Source: Oculina patagonica (taxonomy: Eukaryota). From it: 64,000 nt of DNA. The notes beneath the pieces were generated by a model. The model was not told the origin of the DNA, did no database searches, and worked only from the letters and a program-made list of their open reading frames with translations. The position numbers were made by a program, and so were the translations under genes. Shown here piece by piece: positions 50,501 through 62,377 of the stretch (its first letter is position 1; every line of letters starts with the position of its first letter). The stretch lies in the NCBI RefSeq assembly GCF_052425735.1, contig NC_135769.1:12090001-12154000 (forward strand), written 5' to 3'.

Positions 50501-53500
50501 TAATCATCACATCTTCAATTTCTTTGGAAGTTCCCATTGAGGGACGCGACCTTAATTGGCAATTTTTACCTTAAGCCAAGAGGAAAGAATAATAACTGAG
50601 GGGTCCTTCAATACACTTGATAACTCCTTTATTCTTCGCTTCTGTTCTTGTCTGTAACTCTGTTTCATTGCCTACAAAAATAATTTATTTTTTAGAAGAA
50701 ATATAGTTAATGTAAGGTGACAATAAACTATTTTCAGTCATCTAAAAAATTAAATGAATATTAACTCTGACAAACACATCGTACTATATAGAGCGATTTT
50801 CAATTGAGTGTCGTAAAACCAAAACCAAAGTAATTACTCTGGCCAATCACAAAAGACACAGACAATCCAGTGAACCAATCAAAACTCGAAGCAAGTACAT
50901 GTAGCTGACACGAAGCGCGGGAAAATGTGTGTGAGCGTGTCATGATTGGTTTTGGTTTTACTTCTGATTGGCTGAGAAAGTGGCGCGAGATTTTTAAGCC
51001 AATCACTAAGCGTAGCAATGCAAAACCAAAGCAAACACAATTTACTTTCGACACTCAAGTGAAAACCGCTCTATTACAGGGTTTTCATTAGGAATTATAA
51101 TTGCAGGAGAATATAGTGTAAAGTAACCGGAGAATGATTTTTAAAGGTTTCGCATCTCAATAAAAAAATAGGTAGAGGCCTTTGAAATTTAGCTGAAGAA
51201 TTCTACAGTAGAAGGAGAATTCTCCGATCTCCGATGCCTAATAAACACCCTGTATTAATAAATTTACCTAATATTCCATAACATTTTATTATCTATTTTA
51301 ACTATAATTTGGTATTCAATCATAACCAGCTGGACTGTCTCTTGTCAGTTTGAGCAAAAAATGGGATGGCACTTGATCTGGTAATCAGCTTTGTGTACAA
51401 GGTTACTAATGGGAGTGTCCTAAATAACTCTTAAAAAGCTTAGAGAAAGACAATGACAAAGATGTCAAGCTACCCAGAAAAAAATCAAGAGTTCTCTTAA
51501 CAGGAGACAAGCCTATGACCTTCCACACACTGATCAATAGCTTACGTCACTGACTGAATAATATTTTGCTCACAAGATAACCTTAAGTTTAACATCTTCT
51601 AACACCACTCAATCAGGCCAAACATTTGACCAGAAATAAGTCTACTGTACCTTGAAAGATTCCTTTGTGGCCTTCCTTTGAAAAGATGGAGACCTGTCAG
51701 GCTGTGAGAGTTTTTTCTCCAGATTTTGCTATTAAAATAAAGAAAGCCTCTTAGAGGATGATTTACAACACCCAAGAAAAAACACTCTTACATTCAACAT
51801 CAACACAAACATTTTCCCTTCGCAATCATTAAATAATTAGGGGGTGGGAGTGGTGCAGTGGTGAGAGCGCTCCCCTCCCACCAATGTGGCCCAGGTTCGA
51901 TTCCCAGACCCGGTGACATATATGGGTTCAGTTTGCCGTCGGTTCTTGTCCTCCAGGCTCTGCCATTTTCCTCCCTCTACAAAAACCAACACTTCTAAAT
52001 TCCAATTGAATCAGGGAACAGTGAATGAAGAGCCACTTTGTGGAAATGCCACTGCAAATTCCAATGATGATGATGATGATGACGATGATTATTATTATAA
52101 ATAAGCTACCATATTACATAGTTTGCTTACAAGTCTCTCTTTATCTCTATCCTTCTTGTCCACCTTGACAGGCGGGGTTGAATTCCTTGAGCTGCCTGGG
52201 CCATCAAATTTAAAGTTATTTTCTGTGTCATCTTGAGCTGAAAGAAAAATTGCATTATCAAATTTATTATCAAGATTAAAAGATTTAGTACATCCGGGTT
52301 ACATCAAAGAAAACCTATACCACATACCAGTAATCAAATAAAAGGTTATAAAATTACCTACAAGATGATACTAATAAATTTCAATTTTGAAAAATCTGCG
52401 ATTGTTCTGTGGCTCCTCTATGCAAACGTCTGTATCACCTCTCTTGGCGTAATTATTATTATTATTATTTTGGTAATATGATTTTTATTTTTTTTGTTTG
52501 AGATTATGATAATGAATACAAGATATGTTTTGAATTATTTTAAACCAATGATAAAATTAACCACAACATGTCTACCGCTGGTGACCTTAAAAATCAATTC
52601 CAATATTTGTTAAGTCACTTATTACCTTAAAATGCAACAACAGTATAAAAGAAGCAACTACCGGTATATTTTATTATATACCTGAGGATTAAATATCAAG
52701 GTTTTTGATTTAAATTAATTATTTATTGACGTTGATTACCGAGTTGAACCATTATCAAACAGGAATATAAATTCCCCACTGCTGACAAACAAAACCTTCC
52801 AGCTTGTATCATTTCAACACGGCATCCAGCAGCTAGCTTACAATCAGTACATGAAACTCAAACATACAGTACTACCAAGGAGATACAACACATTCATGAG
52901 CTGCTTAAAGGAGCCTCCTCGTAATAAAACATTTTGCTTTCAAGACCAGCTGTCCAAAATGATAATTTACACGACATGCACAATTGCTAAATGCTGTTAT
53001 TAACACCATATTCAAACTCAATCTCCCTTGGAACAAATTGAGAAAAGTGTTAAAATTGCTCTGCCTTATTGAAGATGCAACACCCCAAAAATTTAAACTC
53101 ACAAAACGGATTTCTGGTCACTTTCGAGGGAAATGTGTGTGAGAAATTTTTATTGCAAACTACCGTGTAAATCAAATAAAGACTAATTAAATGCTTTGCT
53201 TTCGGTGCAAAGAAATGTGAATTCAATCCATAAATAATTATTTTAAAACTGAACAGTCAAATATATTTGTTATTATGATGGAAGTAGATAATTCACACAG
53301 TCATTTCAATGCAACACATTTAAACTGAAAAATCATAAAAATTAAAAAATGTATGTTCAAACAGGCTAGTCACAAAGCTGATGTAAATGTAAACTCAAAC
53401 ATAATTGTCACAGAACTGACTCAATAAATAGTACTAGACATATATTGGGTAATAAGCAAAATGTTACTTATTCAAAGCAGTGTGTAATGAAAATTACCCC

Positions 53501-56500
53501 AAAAATACATGTCGTAGGTACAGAAAACTTACAGACATCATGTTAACTACAATTTGATACATGTACCTTGTCTATATTTGCCCTTATCCTTCTTTGCTGA
53601 CATAACTTTCATGGAAATTATGTGTCAGCCCAGCACTATACACCTAAACACATTAACTCTTGTATGCAACAGTAATTTCCATTTCTGACAAAAACTTATT
53701 TCCTACCACAGACGCTTTGTCATTGTCAACAATGGATTTGAACACCTTCAAGAAATAATGCGGTAGCTTAGAAGAGCTGGAATCCAAATATTTTAATCCT
53801 TGCTAAGCTTAAAATCACAGACAGAATCAATTACATGAGAAAGTAAACATATGTGGTATCAACAAAATTTCCCCAAATATAAATTATTCAATGGCCAGTA
53901 AACTCTTACACACTCGAGACAATTCCAAATTAATTTTACCTTTGAATAGTTTTATTTGTTATTATTCATTAAATCTAGATTTGTCAAACATTTGCACCTT
54001 TTAAGAGCAACCTGATTAACAATGTGATGAAAGTGTGCAAAAGAAACAAGGGAATTAAAAACAAGACTGTAACAGATTTAGCAGACTACCGGTATTTAAT
54101 ATGCAATCTTCTTAAGAAGCTTCATGACATAAATGGAGACAAGTGTAAATTTCAGCCAACTTGAGATGAACAAGATAATTTGTTAGTTATCGCATAATTT
54201 TTCATTGAAAACCTTTGAGATGCAATAAAGGATATAGAGAAATTTAATAAATTTGCAAGATGAAAAAAATTCATTATCTACATCTGGACAGATTAATTTT
54301 TTTCACACCTCCAAAAATCATTGGCATGAAACAACAGGCAGAAATCTGTCTGCATTTGGCAGTTATGCAAAATTTGCATATTTTGGTCAGCAAATTTTTG
54401 TTTGAGTTCAAATTTTACATACCAGTTTGATTTTTTATTTCTTTCTTTATATTCATAATTAAAATCTGAAACATAAAATTTTTTAAACTTTCTAATCAGA
54501 AACAAATTTAAACCATGTACAACATATATTTCAACTGAAAAGTGTATATAATATAAAATTCCCAATGTAGTTGAATGTGAAATTTGATGATTTGTGTAAA
54601 AAGAACATACGCATGCAAGCTTGGATTGAAGATAAAATGTAGGCCAACAAAAAGCCTCATGACTGGACTCCATAGACTGAAACCATAGCTTTGAGATCTA
54701 CCATTCGCTTTCTTGAACGATATGATTATAGGTTGAAGTCTTGGGAAAGTAGTCACAGCAGTTACATGTTGTCTGTAGTTTACTGTAGCAGAGAAGAAAA
54801 AGGCCTCCTAATATTAGTGGGAATTTAATTTTACACTTTTGTGTGCCACTCCGCAACTTTGTACTCATTTTTTATTGCAAATATACAATTTTAGTGCTTG
54901 TTCTAGTAATAACACCCAGAGTGTAATTAATGAAAATAGATCATCAATTAGCTTAAGAATCAAATTAAAAATTTAAATTGATATTTATCGATGGCATTAG
55001 TTATTGTTAATTGGTATTAATTTATATATTCATTTGGTAATTGATGATTACCTTATTATAGGAAATTAACGCTTGTGTTAATTAAGGTATTTGAAATTAA
55101 CGCGACTTAAATTAACGCAAATTGAAGGAAAAATTACTTCCCAATAAAGGAAATTAACGCGAAAGAGGGGGTAACATTTCAAAATGAAGGAAATTAACGC
55201 GACGTACACAACAGAAACAAGTTTATTTCAACACTTGTAGGCGTATAATCTTAAACGAAAACAATGTTTGTGGTACTTTTCACACTTTGAGCGTTCTTCA
55301 AGGTATCAATGATAGTGGCAGATAAAATTATGCTTTTTTCTTGGAGTCAAGAACATCTGGACTGTAACGAAAAATTGGGGCCAAAATAATGGAAATTAAC
55401 GTCATGGAAATTAACGCTCCACTTAATTAACGGCGCGGAAATTAACGCGACTAAAATTAACGCGAGAGTTTGAAATTCGTGTTAATTTCATGACGCGTTA
55501 ATTTCCTATAATAAGGTAATCAATAGAGCAGTTTTTCAATTGAGTGCCGTAAAACCAAAACCAAAGTAATCACTTTAGCCAATCACAAAGAACTCGGGCA
55601 ATCCAGTAAACCAATTAAAACTCGAGGCAAACACATGCAGCCGCACAAAGGGCGGGAAAACATGCACAAGCCATTGGTTTTGGTTTTACTTCTGATTGGC
55701 TGAGAAAGTGGCACGACAGTTTTAAACCAATCACTTAGCGTAGTAATACAAAACCAATGCAAACGCGAACAACTTTTGACACTCAAGTGAAAACTGCTCT
55801 AATCACGCCTAGCTGTTCACTTATTGTAACCATTGATTACGGTAACCATCAACTAACATCAATTACCATCAAAGTAAGATGAGAAATAGAAAGATGAGCA
55901 AAATAGAAAGTGAAAAGGAAAGTTCAAAGTCAGTGATGCAACTGATCAGGTTTTAATGTTGAATGTTTATTTACTAAGTCTAAAAGGCCTTTTGAGCCGA
56001 GATTTCTGCAAAAAGGTGCGGATTATACACGAGTTTTTACAGTAGTCTACTCTGTTCTATAAATTGTATTACCGTAAGTAAAGAATACTAGTACATTTTG
56101 TAAACACCTCTGGTGGCATGATTGTAAGGTACCATAAATACTTGCATCACCTACCTAAAGGACTCCCTCCAGGTGGTAAGTTGCGATCCTCTTCACCATT
56201 ATCAATGTTGGCCTTGCCCCGTGACAGATTTCCAAGAAGTATTGCAGTGTCAGCTAAAAATGATAATAATATAAACACAGTTTAAGCAGACAATTAAATT
56301 GAAAATAATAAGATAAGGTAGCCTAGTACCCCATCTACATGTATGAGCAGTGATACTCTTAAATACACTTAATGCCAGAGAAACTGGAGTCATCATTACC
56401 ACCACTACAAAGCTTTGCTTCGTAAAAAAACTCGCAAAGTTGTACAGTTGAACCTCTCTAAGGGCCTCTTTACATGAGAGCCAGTATGAGTTTTGTCCCA

Positions 56501-59500
56501 GGATGAAAAAAATGTTCATATTACATGGGCATTTTCATCCCGGGATGCGGGGACATAAGTCGTCCTGCCTGAGTTGAATTCATCTCGCCCGTGCTTATAT
56601 AACATTACATTTCACCCCGGAAAGACTGTTTACATGGCGTTTTTTCGACACGTTTCATCCAGGGATAACATTTCATCTCGGTGCTCAGGACAGGAATAAA
56701 ATCGTCCCGGGTTAAGTTCATCCCTGGACGAAAACATGTAGACAGCAACAAGAAAATGACCAGACACCGAGATGAATTCATCCCGGGATGAAAGTCATCC
56801 CAGAATGAAAACTCTCATGTAAAGAGGCCCTAATACTGACACTGAATACCTGACTGAAGTGTTTGTAGTTTAGAGGGTACTTGTAATAAAGGTCACAGGT
56901 ATGATGTCATTTCAATGGGCTTCTCAAGTGGCCGTAATTAACAAGTACTTAATTTTTTATAGGGCCCAAATTCACAAAGTTCACATAAAAAATTAAACTT
57001 TTATGACATGTACATCTAGAACAGTACTGTGTATGTGTAGGACAAATAAATACACTCAGATGCTGTTTGCAGATGCCTTTGCATAAATGACATCTACATT
57101 TGAATAACAATACATATACATCCTAAGCCTCACATTCACGTAAAAGATCCTTTGTCTATAAACATCCACATGAGGCTAAGGATGTATTAAGTATTGTTAT
57201 GCAAATTTGGGTGCCATTCATGCAAAGGGTCTATACTGTAATGACGTCAACATTATCTTCTCTAGTGAAATGTCACCTACAAGAAGGTGTTATAAATTGG
57301 CAAAGAAAACAATGACAGTCCTTGAGTTGCAAATGACTGCCACAAATTCAAACAATATGTAATTATTACTGTGTTCAGCAACCACCTGGCTAAGCAGGTC
57401 GCTTACTACATATGTGCAGCTAAGAACTTTGCTAGAGCACCAGTCTTCGACAGGACAGGTGCTTCACAGGAAGTTCAAACACATTAAAAGGCAGAGCCAT
57501 CTGCACAAAGCTGTGGGGATGGTAAAGCTAAGAACCACACAGAATATAATAAACTTGACAACTGTTACCACCCTCTGTGTGGGATTCTGGGGGCACTTTG
57601 AAGAGGTCTTTTTGTCCTAATATATTATGTTCTATAAACACGATACCCACATGTACAAAATGTATTCTTTGGCGAAAAAGATAAATTGAAAAGCAAAACT
57701 ATGTCAGCGTATAAGCATGATTCCCATTGATGTTTTTACAGCAAATCTTGGCATCTTAATGTGAGACATAACCACAAATAAATCAAGAAGATAGGGGCTG
57801 AAATTCAGAATCATTACGATATATAGGAACAAGGCCGTGAATGTACAAATAGGTACCACAAATTAACTGTTAAATGGATTAAGTCTCATTTGTCTAGTTG
57901 TCAACACAGTTTGAATATGTTTTAGATACACGTTTCAAACCTGCAGTTCACTGTTAGTATTATCATAACAATGTCATGTTTTGGTTTCCCTGACTCGGTA
58001 GCAAACTGTTTTCAAGTTATTAAAGATACATGATAACTAAATATTCTCTCCATATCAATTCGCCTTCTCAAATACCACTTATATATCTACCCTGCCTCCA
58101 ATGACTAACTTAAAGTAGACGTATCAACATCCTTAACACTTCCCTGTTTGCAAAGAATATGTGACAACTCTATTGTCGTAAACTAAATTATAATTTAAAT
58201 TACAAGTATAATACCCCATAAGCAGGGAGAGAATCATTCTTGCTATTATTAAATAGGAAAAAACTGAAACAAGGTCGATGGTGATGCTATCAGATTTGGT
58301 ATTGTATGCATTACCAAGTGTAAAATTCATCACTCTTTCGATAACAATGTTTCTAATAATTTCAAATTTGGTTTTTCAAAAAGTTGTTTCGCTTCCTTAT
58401 AAAATCAAAAACGCACATCACATTCGTTATCTGTTATTTCCCACCAAGAACTTTTGACTGCTTCCTGGGATATTCAAAGAAATCAATGAGCCTTAAAGAA
58501 AATATTCCAAATTAAAAAAAAAACAAAATCGAAATTTCAACGAGCTGTCGAACTTGCTCAAAAAATAATGTCGCATGATTTTTTTCACGATGTACTTACC
58601 GAGTGAAAAAGATCGAAACTTCCTTCGTTTTGGAGTGTTTTTCCCTCGTTTTCCTTCGGCAGCATCGTCTTTCGACTCTCCATTATTGTTATTCGACATA
58701 ATTCGAATGAAACTATCGCAAATGCCGCGTGAAATTTGCTAACCGGATTTCTCCATTCCTAGCAGCGTCGAATGCTAAATTCTAACCACCTCCGATAACT
58801 AACCGCAACATGTCCCAGCAATCCAACCCTTTGCATCTCACAAATAATTCATTTCTTTCTTAACGAGATCGCAGACGGTAATATTTTGCTATTTCGGTCG
58901 CAAAAACAGTCAGATTTCTTTTTCTAGAACCCCCACAGGAGTACACAAATAATACGTTCAATAGTTATTTAGCTGAAAGGAAATCGGAGCAGATGTAAAC
59001 TCGGTGCTATGCAAATTTTCCATCGGATATATTTGAGGATGTTTTCTCTTTTTTTCATCTGAGGCGCCGATTTTCTTCGGAAAAACAATCACCAAACCCC
59101 TTGTTTATTTATTTATTTACGCTGGAGGAAAACTAGACAGACACGATAAATCATTTCCGCGTGAAAATTTTAAAAATATTCCGAAAGGAAATATTGATCT
59201 TGAACGCACTCGGTACTTGCGTTCCTAACTCTCCTTGGCTAATTGCCAGGATATTATTAAAAATACACTTGCTTTGAATGTTTCGGACCGTAAAAAAAAA
59301 AAATAAGTTAAAGAATAATTGATAAAGTACAAAGTAAAGCGGGGCAAGAAGTCACTTATTAATAGAGTAGAAACGAACCATATTTCACCCTCCACAAATA
59401 CGGCGGTGTATCTATCACCGGTCAAACACAAAGGGAATTTACAATAAACAACCCCTTTTCGTAGTGCACAGGGATGAAAAAACATCAGGAATTTTAAGAA

Positions 59501-60817
59501 AAAGCAAAGCGAACTAACGATTCCAATCACAAAATTTTTGCATGGAAAGAATGGCGTAATAATCGTCTGGCATCGAATCATTGTCCTAACAAATGTGAAA
59601 TTTCGCACCAGACATGTATTCCCAGAGGATTTTAACAGAACAAAAAATATATACCTTTCTCTTCGTTCTTCCGTACACTCATTTCTGAGTACATCCCACA
59701 AACTGAGGCCTGTTTGAGCAGAACCTAAACTGCCGGTTTGCAAACCAAAGCTCCTTCAATATGGCGGCGGCCTATGGCAACAACGACTCAGAATTTTGAC
59801 GTCAAATTTCACGCTGGATAAGATTGACACACTATACTTTGCATATTTTAAAACGACAGTTATCGCTAATTTTATGCAGTATGAACTTCTTCGAAAGTAT
59901 TGTGCTTCGTAAAGGGTAAAAATAGTTAGTTGCCGCCTACAACCGCTCTCGCAGTGTTCAAAGTGCAAATATCCGGCGAAATAGCCGAGCCCGCTGTATA
60001 CACATCAAGTTTACATCATTTCCGGTGCTCGAAACCCCGTCACCCACTCCCATCAAAATCAAGAGCAGATATGAGATATTTATTATTCAACAATGCGCGC
60101 GCGCCCATATATGGTCAAAATGTTAACGATATCTGTCATCCGTACATAACAGATATCCTGCGGAACGTAGGTTGGAAGATTCGTCCGAATCGTAAAGCGC
60201 TGCATAATTACCGTTTTCCGCAAAATGTGCTTGACATTTGTCGAATATAAAACAAATCCGCTCAACGCGGAAATCGCGATTTAGCCAACTCGGCCTACGG
60301 CCCGTCGGCTAAGTATCAGGCATTCCCGCGATTCGCAGGATAATTGTTAATTATTCGGCAGGATGAAAGCTTTAAATATTAGTCAGGTGCTCGAATAGAA
60401 ACATAGAATGCTAAACAATGAAGCCAGAATGTTTTTATTTCCTACCAGGGTCTATCGGGATGAAGCCAGCGGCCGAACAGTTTTCGATCTCACTGCAGTC
60501 GCTTCCAGAACTATCTGTCTGAAATATAAAGAAGACAGGGAAAGTTGCGTGTCATTTGATACTCGTAAATGGCTCTACGCATCAATTATAAACATTCGAA
60601 GCTGCTTGAAAGTTTAATAAAACTACATAGTAAACCACAGCATTAAAATGAATCAAGAATCGTCACACGTTGTTTTGGTTACGGAGCTTACCTCGTAACC
60701 GCTCATGGTGACAACAGCACCTGGCTTGCTATCAGCGCGACTTTCTTCGACAAACTCGAAAGGATTGTCGTTCGACGTGATGGTTGGCGTAAACAGCGAA
60801 GAATCGTTTAAGTCCAT
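35523..60817 (-). CDS. OSBPL8: Oxysterol-binding protein-related protein ORP5/ORP8-like (PH, ORD, C-terminal TM anchor); ~933 aa from the distal start, ~900 aa from the 58699 start
   Basis: Exons: [60817-60692, 60518-60446] or [58699-58600], then 56253-56155, 52237-52131, 51728-51651, 50671-50570, 50264-50184, 49353-49146, 48242-48170, 47235-47165, 46971-46943, 46550-46496, 46349-46270, 45412-45344, 43642-43530, 43030-42949, 42254-42062, 41637-41539, 40934-40837, 39722-39633, 38721-38674, 38475-38363, 37291-37249, 36914-36760, 36039-35523. All are GT-AG and in phase. Motifs: PH ([32 protein letters not shown]), LPTFILE (PS-transfer subfamily), [20 protein letters not shown], and a tail anchor ([19 protein letters not shown]). 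Confidence 0.93.
36085..36305 (+). mobile_element. tRNA-derived SINE (family 1)
   Basis: A box TGGCGCAGTGA, B box GGTTCGATTCC; body homologous to 49404-49620 and 51846-52065. Confidence 0.85.
36467..36600 (+). mobile_element. Degenerate tRNA-derived SINE
   Basis: tRNA-like head GGCGTGGCCAAGTGGTTAGGGCGCTGGACTTG, with the B box deleted. Confidence 0.6.
37410..37947. repeat. Diverged ~290-bp tandem duplication in an intron
   Basis: TTTCTGTGAGAG..GGGGTGGA..TAGGACTCTAA..TGTATAAGC..CATTCAGTTGCGTATTCTTC..CACTTGACAG occurs twice in tandem. Confidence 0.75.
37948..38238 (-). mobile_element. tRNA-derived SINE (family 2) with TSD
   Basis: Minus-strand head GGGAGGCGCGGTGGCCTAATGGTTAGAGCG..GGTTCGAG; flanked by TTGACAGGTTATAA and TTGACAGATTATAA. 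Confidence 0.88.
39019..39592. mobile_element. PIF/Harbinger-like MITE, TAA TSD
   Basis: GGGACTGGTCAAAAAGTAC / GTACTTTTTGACCAGTCCC, flanked by TAA. Confidence 0.88.
41131..41462. mobile_element. Degenerate hAT-like MITE
   Basis: Ends CATGGTTGCCACAG / CTGTGCCAACCCAG with repeated TTCCCTGAC subterminal motifs. Confidence 0.55.
42568..42698. mobile_element. TAGCC-ended MITE with 9-bp TSD, nested in an AGAGCG-family repeat (42308-42725)
   Basis: TAGCCTGCGTAGCAGGCGTCTG / CAGACGCCTGCTACGCAGGCTA; perfect TSD ACTTTGGTT. Confidence 0.9.
43217..43391. mobile_element. PIF/Harbinger-like MITE
   Basis: GGCCGATTTACACAGTACAATTTTGTCGCA / TGCGACAAAATCGTACCGTGTAAATTGCC. Confidence 0.75.
44004..44866 (-). 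mobile_element. Non-autonomous Crypton-like element with a tyrosine-recombinase N-terminal remnant
   Basis: ORF 44450-44680 ([38 protein letters not shown]) resembles the core-binding region of Crypton/DUF3504 (ZMYM/QRICH1/KCTD1-like) proteins. A 59-bp palindrome lies at 44738-44796. Confidence 0.7.
45646..46175. mobile_element. Tc1/mariner-pogo type MITE, TA TSD
   Basis: TA|CAGTGGAACTCCGATATAA..TTATATCGGGGTTCCACTG|TA, with many CGATATAACG internal repeats. Confidence 0.9.
48395..49098. mobile_element. Kolobok-like non-autonomous element (TTAA target)
   Basis: TTAA|AGGAGCTATGTCA..TGACAGTGCTCCT|TTAC. Internal segment 48587-48697 is shared with 2050-2180. Confidence 0.65.
49404..49620 (+). 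mobile_element. tRNA-derived SINE (family 1)
   Basis: CAGGGATGGCGCAGTGGTGAGAGC..GGGTTCAATTCC; homologous to the 36085 copy. Confidence 0.85.
50789..51073. mobile_element. Abundant MITE-like repeat, AGAGCG family (intact copy)
   Basis: Inverted ends TAGAGCGATTTTCAATTGAGTGTCG / CGACACTCAAGTGAAAACCGCTCTA. Confidence 0.88.
51846..52090 (+). mobile_element. tRNA-derived SINE (family 1 variant) with (GAT)n tail
   Basis: TGGTGCAGTGGTGAGAGC..GGTTCGATTCCC head; ends CACTGCAAATTCC followed by a GAT/TAT microsatellite. Confidence 0.85.
53567..53603 (-). CDS. Candidate short internal first exon of the ORP5/8 gene ([12 protein letters not shown])
   Basis: ATG at 53603; 37 nt ending AAG|GTACAT in phase 1, compatible with the exon at 52237. 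It is short and could occur by chance. Confidence 0.4.
55051..55516. mobile_element. MITE with TA TSD and GAAATTAACGC arrays
   Basis: TA|CCTTATTATAGGAAATTAACGC..GCGTTAATTTCCTATAATAAGG|TA. Confidence 0.88.
55524..55801. mobile_element. AGAGCG-family MITE-like repeat
   Basis: Homologous to 50789-51073. Confidence 0.85.
56462..56830. mobile_element. PIF/Harbinger-like MITE, TAA TSD
   Basis: TAA|GGGCCTCTTTACATGAGAG..CTCTCATGTAAAGAGGCCC|TAA, with internal TCATCCCGGGATGA repeats. Confidence 0.9.
57076..57227. repeat. Imperfect inverted repeat (old MITE)
   Basis: CCTTTGCATAAATG..ATACATCCTAAGCCTCA versus TGAGGCTAAGGATGTAT..CATTCATGCAAAGG. Confidence 0.7.
58600..58699 (-). CDS. Candidate alternative first exon of the ORP5/8 gene (polybasic N-terminus)
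   Basis: Encodes [33 protein letters not shown], then G|GTAAGT, a consensus phase-1 donor. Confidence 0.7.
60446..60817 (-). CDS. Candidate distal first exons of the ORP5/8 gene (acidic 66-aa N-terminus)
   Basis: ATG at 60817 is open to GAG|GTAAGC at 60692. TTTCAG|60518-60446 is open and ends G|GTAGGA in phase 1, matching the phase-1 exon at 56253. Confidence 0.7.
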
Positions 60818-61459
60818 TCGTGGAACGTTGCTTACTTACTGCGTCAATCGCTTACCGACTAACGTAATTAATTGACATGTAAATTTTTCACAATAATCCC
60901 AGGAGAAGTAAACCGCCGAATAAATTAGAAAGGAACAAGGGACTGACTGTCGGGGGTAGTGATCGTGTTTATTGATCGGTAATTAAGAAGTGAATTAGAC
61001 AATTTTTCCGTGATCAGCCTCCTCAGACACGGTAAGGAGACGAACACATATCGCCTTTTGGCAAGCAAACCAGTATATAAACAAAATATTGATACCTTAT
61101 TTCGGTGTACGCAATTCCATAAGTAGTGTGGTTTACCTGTCACTTTATATTTTCCAAAAAAAAAAAAAAAACTAAATAGAACCTAAAAATAAAACTTATA
61201 TATTGTTATAGATAACTAGGTTTTCCAAAAAATGGGATGATTGTAGAAAGGACAGGCCTTTTATCTAAGGGCAAACAACCCAGCTGACCCAAGAGGCCCG
61301 TGAGATCGAGTGAATGGATATGCTCGGGTTTGGGGCCGCACCTCATCTCGTCCCCCAAAAAAAAGCATCCTTTCCGTTTATACAGAGTCAGCCTGAGTAG
61401 TCTGAGTACAGCCACCCAATTTCCTTAAGAAAAATACGATTGTTAGTGAAAGAATATTC

Positions 61460-61662
61460 NNNNNNNNNNNNNNNNNNNNNNNNNNNNNNNNNNNNNNNNN
61501 NNNNNNNNNNNNNNNNNNNNNNNNNNNNNNNNNNNNNNNNNNNNNNNNNNNNNNNNNNNNNNNNNNNNNNNNNNNNNNNNNNNNNNNNNNNNNNNNNNNN
61601 NNNNNNNNNNNNNNNNNNNNNNNNNNNNNNNNNNNNNNNNNNNNNNNNNNNNNNNNNNNNNN
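61460..61662. other. Assembly gap
   Basis: Run of N. Confidence 0.99.
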
Positions 61663-62113
61663 AAAAAAAAAGTAGCAGTCTACGACTTCGGGCGGGAATT
61701 CGGAAAGGGGCTCATTGCGTGACATGGACTGGCTGTACTCAGATGGAAGAAAAAAAAAACAGTGCCAACAGTGGGACGGATGATTAAAACTTTCCCACTC
61801 TCCTCGCAGTCTCAGCGTTATTCAATTCAGGATTCGCAAGCGAAGAGCTCGCGAGTCTCCTTTGCAGCCGTTTTCGGGATATCACGCAACGATTCCTGTA
61901 AGTTTCTGGGGAGCGTTGCATGACATCCCAAAAAACAGCTGCGAGGAAGTAGATAAAACTGATATTGCGCGCGTGATTGCGAGTGGCCGCGCGCGAATTT
62001 CGGGGACAATCGTTGGAGGAGTCGGAGTTCGGGGACATACAATGAACCAGCACATCACATGTCACATCTAGTTGCTGGCAAATTTACATCATCTCCGCAC
62101 TCCCAGGAGAAAC

Positions 62114-62196
62114 TAGCCTCCCACGCAGTCGTTCTTAGGGGCGATCGCGTTACACTCCTCCCCCCTCGCCCCTAAGAACGACTTCGTGGGAGGCTA
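62114..62196. mobile_element. TAGCC-ended MITE, 9-bp TSD
   Basis: TAGCCTCCCACG / CGTGGGAGGCTA; perfect TSD AGGAGAAAC. Confidence 0.9.
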
Positions 62197-62223
62197 AGGA
62201 GAAACATGTCTGAAACGGGTCCC

Positions 62224-62377
62224 TAGCCTGCAGAACAGGCGGATTATTTTTCGGGGCGATTTTGCGAGTCGCGCGAAGCGCGACGCCACGAGCGCGAAGC
62301 GCGAGGGAAAAATACCCTCGCGCTTCGCGCGACTCGCAAAATCGCCCCGAAAAATAATCCGCATGTTCTGCAGGCTA
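62224..62377. mobile_element. TAGCC-ended palindromic MITE, 9-bp TSD
   Basis: TAGCCTGCAGAACA / TGTTCTGCAGGCTA; perfect TSD ACGGGTCCC. Confidence 0.9.

Noticed and set aside
36085-52090. tRNA genes suggested by A/B boxes at 36085, 36467, 38238, 49404 and 51846
   Set aside because: There is no complete cloverleaf, and the heads continue into shared SINE bodies, one with a TSD.
45646-55516. Short regularly recurring motifs (CGATATAACG, GAAATTAACGC) as CRISPR-like arrays
   Set aside because: They are subterminal repeats inside TA-flanked MITEs, with irregular spacing, in eukaryotic DNA with no cas genes.
59225-60250. ORFs 59225-59743 and 59930-60250 as a divergent or nested gene
   Set aside because: They have non-ATG starts and no recognisable domain, and the region has repeat-like palindromic ends near 60280-60355.
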